Of a DNA stretch of 64,000 nucleotides, positions 48,504 through 57,444 are shown in pieces. The position numbers and the translations under genes were made by a program. A model generated the notes under the pieces. It was given only the letters and a program-made list of their open reading frames with translations, made no database searches and was not told the origin of the DNA. The stretch's first letter is position 1. The number at the start of each line of letters is the position of its first letter. The stretch is from Acidobacteriota bacterium (lineage in GTDB: Bacteria > Acidobacteriota > UBA890 > WLXD01), in assembly GCA_965248695.1 (NCBI GenBank), contig CBDFKD010000002.1, positions 3,840,001-3,904,000 on the forward strand. The letters run 5' to 3'.

Positions 48504-48908
48504 GTGCACGCCTTCCGCAGCGACAGTCGGGACCATTCCCTGTGCCACGCATGGCTCGGGCGGGTACTCAACGGCGACTCGCGCTACAGCATGTCGACGC
48601 AGGTCCTCAGCAGCGTCGTGCGGGTTACGACGCACCCGAAAGTGTTCGCTCAGCCGAGCGAGCCGAGCGAAGTCCTCGGCTTCTGCGACGTGCTGCTGTC
48701 ACAACCGCATTGCGTCGTCGTGCAGCCCCGATCCCACCACTGGAGCATCTTCCGGCACCTGTGCGAGCAGGCGGACGCGCGCGGCAACCTGGTGCCGGAC
48801 GCCTGGCTGGCGGCCCTGGCCATCGAGTCCGGCTGCGAGTGGCTGACGCTCGATCGGGACTACGCCCGCTTCCCCGAGCTGAAGTGGAGCGTCCCGTCGG
48901 GGAGCTGA
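48504..48908 (+). pseudogene. vapC: Orphan, N-terminally truncated VapC (PIN) gene
   Basis: VHAFRSDSRDH...W...VRVTTHP.VF..P...GNLVPDAWLAALAIE.GC...TLDRDYARFP.L.W. The first-strand D-V-N motif and any antitoxin gene are absent. Confidence 0.7.
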
Positions 48909-48926
48909 TCCGTCCAGGCGCGCCAA

Positions 48927-49925
48927 TCAGTGATCGAGCAGCGTCTCCACATGCGCTGCAGCCGCTAGCGCCAGCCCGTCGACGTTGTAGCCGCCTTCCA
49001 GCAGCGACACCACGCGTCCGTCGCAGTAGTGGTCGGCCATGTCCATGACTGTGCGGGTCATGCGCACGAAGGCGTCGTCGGTGACGTCGAAGCAGCCCAG
49101 CAGATCGTCCATGCGGCTGTCGAACCCGGCCGAGACGATGATGAAGTCGGGCTTGAAGGCCTCGACCTTCGGCATCAACTTCTGGTCCCAGCTGCCCAGC
49201 ATGTCGCGGTCGCTGCAGCCGCAGTCCAGGTGCACGTTGATGTTCAGATCGCCACCGTCGCCGTCGCCCATCAGCGACGGATCACCGGTGCCCGGGTACG
49301 CGTACCAATCGTGGGTGGAGAAGAACAGCACGCTCGGGTCACCGTAGAAGGCGTTCTGGGTGCCGTTGCCGTGGTGGTAGTCCCAATCGATGATGAGCAC
49401 GTTGTCGAACCCGTGCGCTTGCTGGGCGTACTTGGCGGCGATCGCGGCATTGCTGTAGAAGCAGAAGCCCTCCTCCATGCCGGTGTTGTTGGCGTGATGT
49501 CCCGGTGGTCGGGCGGCGCAGAAGACGTTGCGCAGCTTGCCGGTGGCAACCGCATCGACGGATGCGAGGGCTCCGGCCACCGCCAGCTCCGCGACGGGGC
49601 CAGTAACGTCGATTTCCACTACCGAGTCGACGTGTGCGGTGGTGTGGTGATCTCGGATGTGGGGCATCGGGTCGTCGTGCAATGCGACGTCGACGAGCTT
49701 GTCGCGCAAGCCACGCGAATCCAGCATCGCCATGATCTTCTCGAGCCGCAGCGGGCGCTCTGGATGAACGCCCCCTCCACGCGTGTCGAGTACGTGGTCC
49801 AGGTAGCGGGCGTCGTAGACCAGGCCGGTGCCGGTGGCACGGGCTGCCAGCGTCGGTCCAGTGGGGACTGTGTTCATCGCCATCAGGCTTGCTCCGGCAA
49901 AACAGAATTCGCGTCGACTTCGCAT
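48927..49925 (-). CDS. Histone deacetylase / acetylpolyamine amidohydrolase family, Tat-like signal
   Basis: GGAGG RBS; MRSRREF; HPERP.RL, RPPGHHA, GFC, IDWDYHHGNGTQ, YPGTG, SAGFD, LEGGY. Confidence 0.9.
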   Translation of the reverse strand: MRSRREFCFAGASLMAMNTVPTGPTLAARATGTGLVYDARYLDHVLDTRGGGVHPERPLRLEKIMAMLDSRGLRDKLVDVALHDDPMPHIRDHHTTAHVDSVVEIDVTGPVAELAVAGALASVDAVATGKLRNVFCAARPPGHHANNTGMEEGFCFYSNAAIAAKYAQQAHGFDNVLIIDWDYHHGNGTQNAFYGDPSVLFFSTHDWYAYPGTGDPSLMGDGDGGDLNINVHLDCGCSDRDMLGSWDQKLMPKVEAFKPDFIIVSAGFDSRMDDLLGCFDVTDDAFVRMTRTVMDMADHYCDGRVVSLLEGGYNVDGLALAAAAHVETLLDH

Positions 49926-50100
49926 GTCGGTCCTCCATCGTGGGCCCCACGCTATCCTCCGGAGCCGGCGTCGGCAACGAAAACTCCATTCGGCGGCCCG
50001 CCGTTGCACCGACGCCAGGCGCGGCGATCCGCATTCGTCCACGTAGGGGCTCGTCCATCGCTTCGTTGCCACCTGCAGTGGCGCAACAGACAATGGCGCC

Positions 50101-51549
50101 ATGCTGAAGCCCGACGTCGCCCTCCCGGTCAACCGGGGGGCTGCCAACCCGGTCTTGTCCTCATCGACGTTCCTCGCTCGTACGGCCATTGTCCTGGCGA
50201 TCTCGGGCGTCGGATTTGCTCAGGCAGCTTTGCCGCCGCCAGCGATGTCGCACCGGTCAGGCCAGGAACAGCCGTTCTTCGCCTGGTCCGATCTCCGGTT
50301 CCCGATCTCCGAGTACGCCGAGCGGCGCAATCGACTGGCGGCGCGACTGGAAGCCGCGGGTGGCGGGGTGTTCCTGGCGCCGTCGCGGCCCGGAAGATCC
50401 GGCGGCGATACGTTCCGGCAACTCGAGGATTTCCTTTACTTCACCGGGCTGGAGTTGCCTGACTCGATGCTGGCGATCGACGCCAGCGGTAATACGACGC
50501 TCTTCGTTCCGGCGACCGACGCGCGTTTCGAGAGCCCGTCGCGCACCAACGACTTCCCGGGTCGGGCGCTGGCCACCGACCCCGAGATTCCGCGGCGCAG
50601 CGGCATCGACCACATCGCGCCCTTCGAGGATTTCCCCGCGGCGCTCGAAGCATGGGCGCAGACGGGCAGCCTCTGGATCGATCCCGGTCGGACGGGCGCC
50701 CTCGCTCGGCAGCCGGCTCAGGCGGTCGCTACCACCTCCACAGTACAGATCCTGGTTGAATACGTGCTGGACCGCGCGCCAGACGCGCAGCTGCGCAACG
50801 CCTTCCCGGAGATCGCGCGGCTGCGCATGGTCAAGTCGCAGCGTGAGATCGAGGCGCTGGAGCGGGCGGTTCAGGTCACAGCCGTGGCTATCCGTCACGT
50901 GGCCGGCGAGGTTCGTACCGGTGTCGACGAACGCACGCTGGTCGGCGCGTTCGAGGCCGCCTGCCGCCGCGGCGGCGCGCAGCGCATGCCGTTCACGCCG
51001 ATCATCAAGTCGGGACCCAACTCGCTGTGGCCGTGGCGTGTTCTCGCCTCGCATTACGAGCGCCGCAATCGCCGTATGCAGGCGGGAGATCTGGTGATCA
51101 TCAACGTCGCCTGCGAGGTCGACTACTACACTAGCGATGTCGGTCGCACGTTCCCCGTCTCGGGTCGATTCAGCCCGCAGCAGCGCGAGATTCTCGAGAT
51201 GGAGGTCGCCGTCGCCGACGCCATCATCGCCGCCGTGCGCCCGGGGACGACTCTGGCGCAGCTACAGCGCATCGCCGAGCTGGAGATCCCGGCAGACCAC
51301 CTCCGCTATATGCAGACCGGCGTGTTTTTCGGCCACCACGTCGGGCTGTCGATCGGCGACCCGGCGATGGAGGAGGATCCGCTGGCGCCGGGCATGGTGT
51401 TCACCGTGGAGCCCTGGTACTACAACCACGATCTCGAGATCGCCGTGTTCACCGAGGACGTGGTTCTGGTGACCGACGACGGCAGCCGCGTGCTCAGCGC
51501 CAGCTTGCCGCGCTCGCCCGAGGGGCTCGAGCGGCTCGTCGGCGGGTAA
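50101..51549 (+). CDS. Xaa-Pro aminopeptidase (M24B) family, exported
   Basis: FRQ..DFLYFTG, RMVKS..EI, YTSDVGRTFP..G.FS, GHHVG, FTVEP, EDVVLVT. Start uncertain. Confidence 0.85.
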   Translation: MLKPDVALPVNRGAANPVLSSSTFLARTAIVLAISGVGFAQAALPPPAMSHRSGQEQPFFAWSDLRFPISEYAERRNRLAARLEAAGGGVFLAPSRPGRSGGDTFRQLEDFLYFTGLELPDSMLAIDASGNTTLFVPATDARFESPSRTNDFPGRALATDPEIPRRSGIDHIAPFEDFPAALEAWAQTGSLWIDPGRTGALARQPAQAVATTSTVQILVEYVLDRAPDAQLRNAFPEIARLRMVKSQREIEALERAVQVTAVAIRHVAGEVRTGVDERTLVGAFEAACRRGGAQRMPFTPIIKSGPNSLWPWRVLASHYERRNRRMQAGDLVIINVACEVDYYTSDVGRTFPVSGRFSPQQREILEMEVAVADAIIAAVRPGTTLAQLQRIAELEIPADHLRYMQTGVFFGHHVGLSIGDPAMEEDPLAPGMVFTVEPWYYNHDLEIAVFTEDVVLVTDDGSRVLSASLPRSPEGLERLVGG

Positions 51550-51581
51550 ACGCTGGCGCCAAGCGGTGCCCGGTGCGTCGT

Positions 51582-52748
51582 TCAGACGCAGCGCTCGAGA
51601 ATCGCCATGTCGTCATCGAAGGACTCCGGACCAAGGGGCCCGAACGAGAAGCGGATCAACGTACCGAGGGGTCCGTCGCTGCCGCGCCGAGCCATGTCGC
51701 ACAGACGGCCGGGGAGGATCCCGGCCCGGTGCTCGAACAACCGCTCGTTGAACGCGTCTCCGGTCATGTCGCCAGGCAGCCGCGCCCAGTGGTAGAAGCC
51801 GCCGGTTCCGGTGTAGAGCTCGAAACCGAGACGGTTCAGGCCGTCGGCGTAGCGCCGGCGCTGTTGGGTGTAGAACGTCGCGATGGCCGCACGCGCTTGG
51901 CGCACTCGATCGAGTCGTAGCAACTCAGCGACGTAGAGCTGCGACGCTCGCGACACTCCACCCATGCCGAACGACGAGTAGTTGCGGAAGATCTCGATGT
52001 AATCCCGGGCCGCGACGACCCAGCCGACCCGCATGCCGGGCACCTGGAGTCCCTTGGTCGCGGCGCCGACCACGAACAGGTCGGTGGCGTCGATATCGTC
52101 GATGTGGCGCAGGGCGCTTTCCGGTTCAGGGTCGCCGTAGAACTCGTAGGCCTCGTCGATCAACGCTCCGGACCCGGGCTGCGAATAGCACTCTACGAGT
52201 TGCTTCAACTCACCTCCGACCGTCGCGACTCCGGTCGGGTTGCATGGGTTGCTCTTGACGAGCAGCGTGCGGTCACCGATCGGATGATCGGCCAGGGTCG
52301 GTCGAAAACGATTCCCCTCGTTGCTCGGGATCAGCACGTGATCGCGGCCGAGCACTCGCAGCAGGTCGTAGTACGGCGTGTACTCGGTCTCCTCGACGCA
52401 CACCGTCACGTCCTCGAGCAAGAACGCGAGGATGGCGAAGATCGCCGGGCGTCCGCCAGCAAACACGGCGACGTGGTCCGCCGAGATGCCTGCGTCGTAG
52501 AACTCGTTGTAGTAGTTGGCGATGGCGTCGCGGAGCGGTGGCTGTCCGTCCGCCTTCGGGTACATTCGATCGTCCGCCGAGATCGTGATCGTGTCGGGGA
52601 GGTCGGGACCGCCGGGCACCGGCGTTGTTATCGGAAAACCCTGTGCCCACGGGTGGGTGCCGACCTCACCCATGTAGGTGTCCGTCGCATCGGCGAAACG
52701 GAACAGGGTCTCGTAGACCCCCATCGGGGGAAAGGTGCGGAGGATCAC
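51582..52748 (-). CDS. PLP-dependent aminotransferase class I/II
   Basis: SNPCNPTG, DEAY, ATKGLQVPGMRVGW (PLP Lys), IRFSF. Confidence 0.88.
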   Translation of the reverse strand: MILRTFPPMGVYETLFRFADATDTYMGEVGTHPWAQGFPITTPVPGGPDLPDTITISADDRMYPKADGQPPLRDAIANYYNEFYDAGISADHVAVFAGGRPAIFAILAFLLEDVTVCVEETEYTPYYDLLRVLGRDHVLIPSNEGNRFRPTLADHPIGDRTLLVKSNPCNPTGVATVGGELKQLVECYSQPGSGALIDEAYEFYGDPEPESALRHIDDIDATDLFVVGAATKGLQVPGMRVGWVVAARDYIEIFRNYSSFGMGGVSRASQLYVAELLRLDRVRQARAAIATFYTQQRRRYADGLNRLGFELYTGTGGFYHWARLPGDMTGDAFNERLFEHRAGILPGRLCDMARRGSDGPLGTLIRFSFGPLGPESFDDDMAILERCV

Positions 52749-52854
52749 GGGCGGAACATATCACCGCAGCGGCACGTTCCGGGAACGACTGAGCGGCGCG
52801 TCGATCGCTCGTGATCCGCGTCCATTCCGGCCAGCGCCGCGACTACTATCGGTG

Positions 52855-53414
52855 TTCGCCAACCGCGGCGACGCTACACGCGATGCACTACCACGCGGTC
52901 AATGTGGCCGAAGTTCAGACGGCTCTGGCCAGCCGACAGCGCGCCTCGCTCGATGTGATCCTGACACCCACCCTGCTGGGCGATCGTCAGCTCACCGCCG
53001 AGGAGATCCAGCGCGAGCTCGACAACAACGCCCAGGGAGTCCTCGGGTATGTGGTTCGCTGGGTGGGGCAGGGCGTCGGGTGCTCCAAGGTGCCCGACAT
53101 CGACGACGTCGGCCTTGATGGAGGATCGTGCCACGCTGCGCATCTCCAGCCAGCACATCGCCAACTGGCTGCATCATGGCATCGTCGAAGCCGATCAAGT
53201 GATGGCGACTCTCGCGCGCATGGCGGCGGTCGTCGACGGGCAGAACGCCGCGGATCCGATCTACCTGCCGATGGCGCCGGACTTCGATGACAGCCTCGAG
53301 TTTCAGACTGCCGTCGACCTGATCTTCAAGGGGCGCCAGGAGCCAAACGGTTACACCGAGACGGTGCTCCATTCGCGTCGCCGCCAGGTCAAGGCCCGAC
53401 TCAACCCGGCGTGA
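52855..53414 (+). pseudogene. glcB: C-terminal fragment of malate synthase G
   Basis: [13 protein letters not shown]...[51 protein letters not shown]...PNGYTE..LH.RR. Most of the N-terminal part is missing; 1-nt frameshift at ~53113. Confidence 0.85.
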
Positions 53415-53424
53415 TCTTGACGCT

Positions 53425-56400
53425 TTAGAAGTCCGCGGCCCTCGTCAGCAAACCACGTATCGAGGCTTCGGAGAGCTCGAGCGCGCGCAGCTGGTCCGCC
53501 GTCGGGTGTGTTGTCGAGCCGTCGATGCGCGACGCCAGCCCGGCTAGCTCGCGTTGGGCGCGTGCGATCTGCTCGTCGAGGGCCGTGGCGTCGGGCGATT
53601 CTTCCAGCCGCGGGCGGAGTATCCGCCGGGCCTCGTAGATCTCGCCGGTCAGGTCGTGCGCGCGGATCAGCGCGTCCTGGCGTGCAGCGAGATCCGCACC
53701 CGATACGTCGAGGCCCGACGCCAGGGCTACCTCGATCTTGATCGTCGTCGCCAGGGTACCGACGTGCAGCAATGCCTGATAGGTGCCTGGTAGCACGCGG
53801 GGGGCGGGAGGTGGTGCCGGCAGCTCGAGCCGAGTCGCATCGTCGGGAGGAAATGCCGGCTCGATGCGCAGATCCCATTCTACGCTGTGCAGCCCGGCGC
53901 TCCCCGGTCCCGAAAGGGCCCGAATTCGACTCCCGTCAAGGGCGGTGATTTCGAGCCGAGCGGTCCGTACACCACCGAACTCCGGAACCGCGACGGGCAG
54001 GCGATACCGCAATACCGCGCTGGACGGCGGATTGGGGGCCCAGAACTCGGCGGCTCCGGCGTAGGTGTTCCTCGGGAGGTCGTTGAACAACTTCGCCGGT
54101 TTCACCGGGAAGAGATACCGGCGGCCAGCAGCGCGTGCCACGGCGAGCTTCTCCAGCACGGCGATGTCGTCGAGGATCCAGACGCTACGGCCGTGGGTAC
54201 CGATGATCAGGTCGTTGTCGCGCGGGTGCACGATGATGTCGTCGACCGGCACCGTCGGCAGGTTGTTCTTCAGCCGCTCCCAAGAGACGCCGCGATCGAG
54301 CGAGAAGTAGAGCCCGAGCTCGTTGCCGAGGAACAGCAGGTCCTCGTTGCGTGGATGCTCGGCGACGACGTTGACCGACCAGTCGGGAAGGCCGGCAACG
54401 ATCGAGCGCCATGTGTCGCCGCCGTCGTCGCTGGCGTACACGTAGGCCGCCATGTCGTCCTGCTGGTGGCCGTCGAAGGTAGCGTAGACGCGGCCCTGGG
54501 CGTGCCGCGAAGCGAGCAGGCGGCTGCTACTCGTGAATTCCGGCAATCCGGGGAACGTCTCGGTGAGATCGGTCCAGCTGGCGCCGCCGTCGACGGTGCG
54601 TTGTACGTTGCCGTCGTCGGTGCCGGCGTAGATCACGCGCGGGTTCACCGGCGACTCCGAGACCGTCGTCATGTTGCCGTATGTCGAGACGCCGTCGTTG
54701 AGCGACAGCACGCCCTCGACCGGGTGCATCCCCATGAGAGTCTCGGTCTGGCGATCGATGGCCTTGCTGAGATCGGGGCTGATCGCCTCCCAACTCTGCC
54801 CCTGATCGGGCGATCGGAACAGCACGTTGCCGGCGGCGTAGAGGGTGTCCGGGTCATGCTCGGAGATGATCAGCGGGCTGTCCCAGTTCCAGCGATAGTC
54901 CTCCGCCGCGTCGACCCCACCGTTTGCGGCTGGTGTCTCAATACGGATCGACTGGCGCTCCATCGTCGCCATGTTGAAGCGCATTAGGGCGCCGTTCTGC
55001 GTCTCGGTGATGATCACCTGGTGGTCGCGCGGGTCGATGCGGGCGTACATCCCGTCGCCGCTCACCAGCTTGATCCAGTCGCTGTTGCGGATACCGCGTG
55101 GATCGCGGCTGGCGCTCGGGCCACCCCAGACGCCGTTGTCCTGCAGCCCGCCGTATACCCAGTACGGGTCGCGCATATCCGCACCGATCTCGTAGAACTG
55201 GCCGATCGGCAGGTTGTCGAGGAAGCGCCAGGTCTCGGCGCGGTCGGCACTGACGAACACGCCGCCGTCGTGGCCTAGTAGCACGTTGTCGGAATCGCTC
55301 GGGTCGATCCACATGGCGTGCAGGTCGGGGTGGATGCCGGTCGCCTCCGTCCGCTCGAAGGTCACGCCGCCGTCGTCGGAAACCAGCAAGCCGCCGCCGA
55401 GCAGGTAGACGCGGCGGGCGTCATTGGGGTCGATGCGGACCTGGCTGAAGTACATTGGCCGCGGATTCACCTCGTTGAGCTGATCCCACGAGTCGCCGCC
55501 GTTCGATGACCGGTAGATGCCGCCGTCGGGCGCGGTCGCCTCCACCGTCGCGATGATGAGGTTGCCATCGCGTTGAAAAATATCCAGCCCGATGCGGCCC
55601 AGGTCGCCACTCGGCAGCCCGGCGGCCAATTCGGTCCACGAATCGCCGCCGTCGCGGGTCCGATAGAGGCCGCTACCAGGACCGCCGCCAATGAAGCAGC
55701 ACGCCGTGCGGCGTCGCTGGTAGGTGGCGGCGATCACCGTGGCGGGATCATCCGGGTCCATTGCCAGGTCGGTGACGCCGGTGTCGGCGTCGATGTACAG
55801 CACCTTGTCCCACGAATCGCCACCGTCGCGAGTGCGAAATACGCCGCGCTCCTCGCTCGGGCCCCAGAGGCTGCCGCCGGCAGCGACGAAGACGGTGTCA
55901 GGGTCGCTCGGATGAACCAGGATGCGGCCGATGTGCCGGGTTTCGGTGAGCCCACGATGGCTCCAGGTGTCGCCACCGTCGGTCGACCTGTAGACCCCCG
56001 CGCCCCAGGGCGAGCTCTGCCGGTTGTTGGCCTCGCCGGTGCCGATCCACACGATATCCGGATCAGACGGCGCTACCGTAACGTCGCCGATCGAGTTGAC
56101 GTCTTCGTCCTCGAACTGGGCCTTCCAGGTGGTGCCGCGGTTGGTCGTCTTCCACAAATTGCCGGAGGCCACACCGACGTAGTAGGTGTCCGCGTCCACG
56201 GCGGCGAAATCAGCGATGCGGCCACCCATCGTCGCCGGCCCGATCGGGCGCCAGCGTAGTTGCGTAAGGTCCGAAGCGGGTGTCTCGACGGTATCCGCGA
56301 CCTGTGCAGGCGTCGGTAGTGCCGCTGCCGGGCTGCTCGCCGCCGCCACCATCGCGGCGGTGCCGCTCAGCAAGCCGGTCAGCAAGCCGGCGAGCGTGAC

Positions 56401-56475
56401 AACGGTCGACGTGCCGTGGGCGGCGTCGGCACGGCGGGCAGGTCTGGAGGATCGCGTCTTCGATCGCAGATGCAT
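53425..56475 (-). CDS. VPS10/BNR (Asp-box) repeat exported glycosyl-hydrolase-like protein
   Basis: WRPIGPATMGGRI, repeated S.DGG.TW Asp boxes, GGLQDNG, GTHGRSVWILDD. Confidence 0.88.
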   Translation of the reverse strand: MHLRSKTRSSRPARRADAAHGTSTVVTLAGLLTGLLSGTAAMVAAASSPAAALPTPAQVADTVETPASDLTQLRWRPIGPATMGGRIADFAAVDADTYYVGVASGNLWKTTNRGTTWKAQFEDEDVNSIGDVTVAPSDPDIVWIGTGEANNRQSSPWGAGVYRSTDGGDTWSHRGLTETRHIGRILVHPSDPDTVFVAAGGSLWGPSEERGVFRTRDGGDSWDKVLYIDADTGVTDLAMDPDDPATVIAATYQRRRTACCFIGGGPGSGLYRTRDGGDSWTELAAGLPSGDLGRIGLDIFQRDGNLIIATVEATAPDGGIYRSSNGGDSWDQLNEVNPRPMYFSQVRIDPNDARRVYLLGGGLLVSDDGGVTFERTEATGIHPDLHAMWIDPSDSDNVLLGHDGGVFVSADRAETWRFLDNLPIGQFYEIGADMRDPYWVYGGLQDNGVWGGPSASRDPRGIRNSDWIKLVSGDGMYARIDPRDHQVIITETQNGALMRFNMATMERQSIRIETPAANGGVDAAEDYRWNWDSPLIISEHDPDTLYAAGNVLFRSPDQGQSWEAISPDLSKAIDRQTETLMGMHPVEGVLSLNDGVSTYGNMTTVSESPVNPRVIYAGTDDGNVQRTVDGGASWTDLTETFPGLPEFTSSSRLLASRHAQGRVYATFDGHQQDDMAAYVYASDDGGDTWRSIVAGLPDWSVNVVAEHPRNEDLLFLGNELGLYFSLDRGVSWERLKNNLPTVPVDDIIVHPRDNDLIIGTHGRSVWILDDIAVLEKLAVARAAGRRYLFPVKPAKLFNDLPRNTYAGAAEFWAPNPPSSAVLRYRLPVAVPEFGGVRTARLEITALDGSRIRALSGPGSAGLHSVEWDLRIEPAFPPDDATRLELPAPPPAPRVLPGTYQALLHVGTLATTIKIEVALASGLDVSGADLAARQDALIRAHDLTGEIYEARRILRPRLEESPDATALDEQIARAQRELAGLASRIDGSTTHPTADQLRALELSEASIRGLLTRAADF

Positions 56476-56480
56476 CGCAC

Positions 56481-57302
56481 TCAGTCCTTGAGCTCGGCGG
56501 CGCGTTCGGTCGCCTTGACCACTGCCTTGATGAGCGTCACGCGCAGGCCGCCGTCTTCAAGCTCCAGGAGCCCATCGATGGTGCATCCGGCCGGGGTGGT
56601 GACCTCGTCCTTCAACAGCGCCGGGTGATTGCCGGATTCCAACACCATGCCGGCCGCCCCGAGCGTGGCTTGGGCCGCCAACTTGGTCGCAATATCTCGC
56701 GGTAGGCCGACTTTGACTCCCGCTTCGGCGAGCGACTCGATGACCACGTAGATGAACGCCGGTCCGCTGGCCGAGAGTCCGGTCACCGCGTCCATGTGCT
56801 TCTCGTCGAGCACGACGGTCCGCCCGACGGCGTCGAAGAGCGCCTGTGCCAACGCCAGGTGGTCGTCGGTGGCGTGGGTTCCGGCGCATAGGCCGGTCAT
56901 TGCGTCGCCAATTGCTGCTGGCGTGCCGGACATGGCACGGACTACGGGAACTTCCTCGAATGCCTCTTCGATCAGGCTCGTCGGCACCGAGGCGGCAACC
57001 GAGATCAGCAGCTTGCGCTCGATGACCGGTGCAATCTGCTCGCATACTGCACGGACGTTCGCCGGCTTCACGCACAGCAGCACCAGATCGGCATCTTCAA
57101 CCGCGCTCAAGTTGTCGGTCGACACCTGTACGCCGTAGATCGCCGCTCGCAGCTTCGCGTTGGTCTCGTGGTGCACGGTGGCGCGGACGTTGTCCGCTGC
57201 CACTAGGTCCTTGTCGAGGAAAGCCCGTAGCAGGATGCCGCCGAGCTTCCCGAGTCCGATGACGGCAATGCGATGCTCTTGCGTCGTTTCGTTCATCTCC
57301 AT
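56481..57302 (-). CDS. proC: Pyrroline-5-carboxylate reductase
   Basis: IGLGKLG, CVKP, MDAVTGLSASGPAF, GLPRD.A, LKDEVTTPAGCTI.GL..LE. Confidence 0.93.
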   Translation of the reverse strand: MEMNETTQEHRIAVIGLGKLGGILLRAFLDKDLVAADNVRATVHHETNAKLRAAIYGVQVSTDNLSAVEDADLVLLCVKPANVRAVCEQIAPVIERKLLISVAASVPTSLIEEAFEEVPVVRAMSGTPAAIGDAMTGLCAGTHATDDHLALAQALFDAVGRTVVLDEKHMDAVTGLSASGPAFIYVVIESLAEAGVKVGLPRDIATKLAAQATLGAAGMVLESGNHPALLKDEVTTPAGCTIDGLLELEDGGLRVTLIKAVVKATERAAELKD

Positions 57303-57444
57303 CCTCCGCGGCTGAGACTACCAGCAACGAAGGGTCAACTGCGGCCTGACCACGGCAGCTCCCTCAGCCGAGCGTGTTTCAATCGATCGACCTGTCTGCC
57401 ATGGCTGGAGCGCGCTCGAGGTGCGCTCCACGTTTCCCGAGCGG

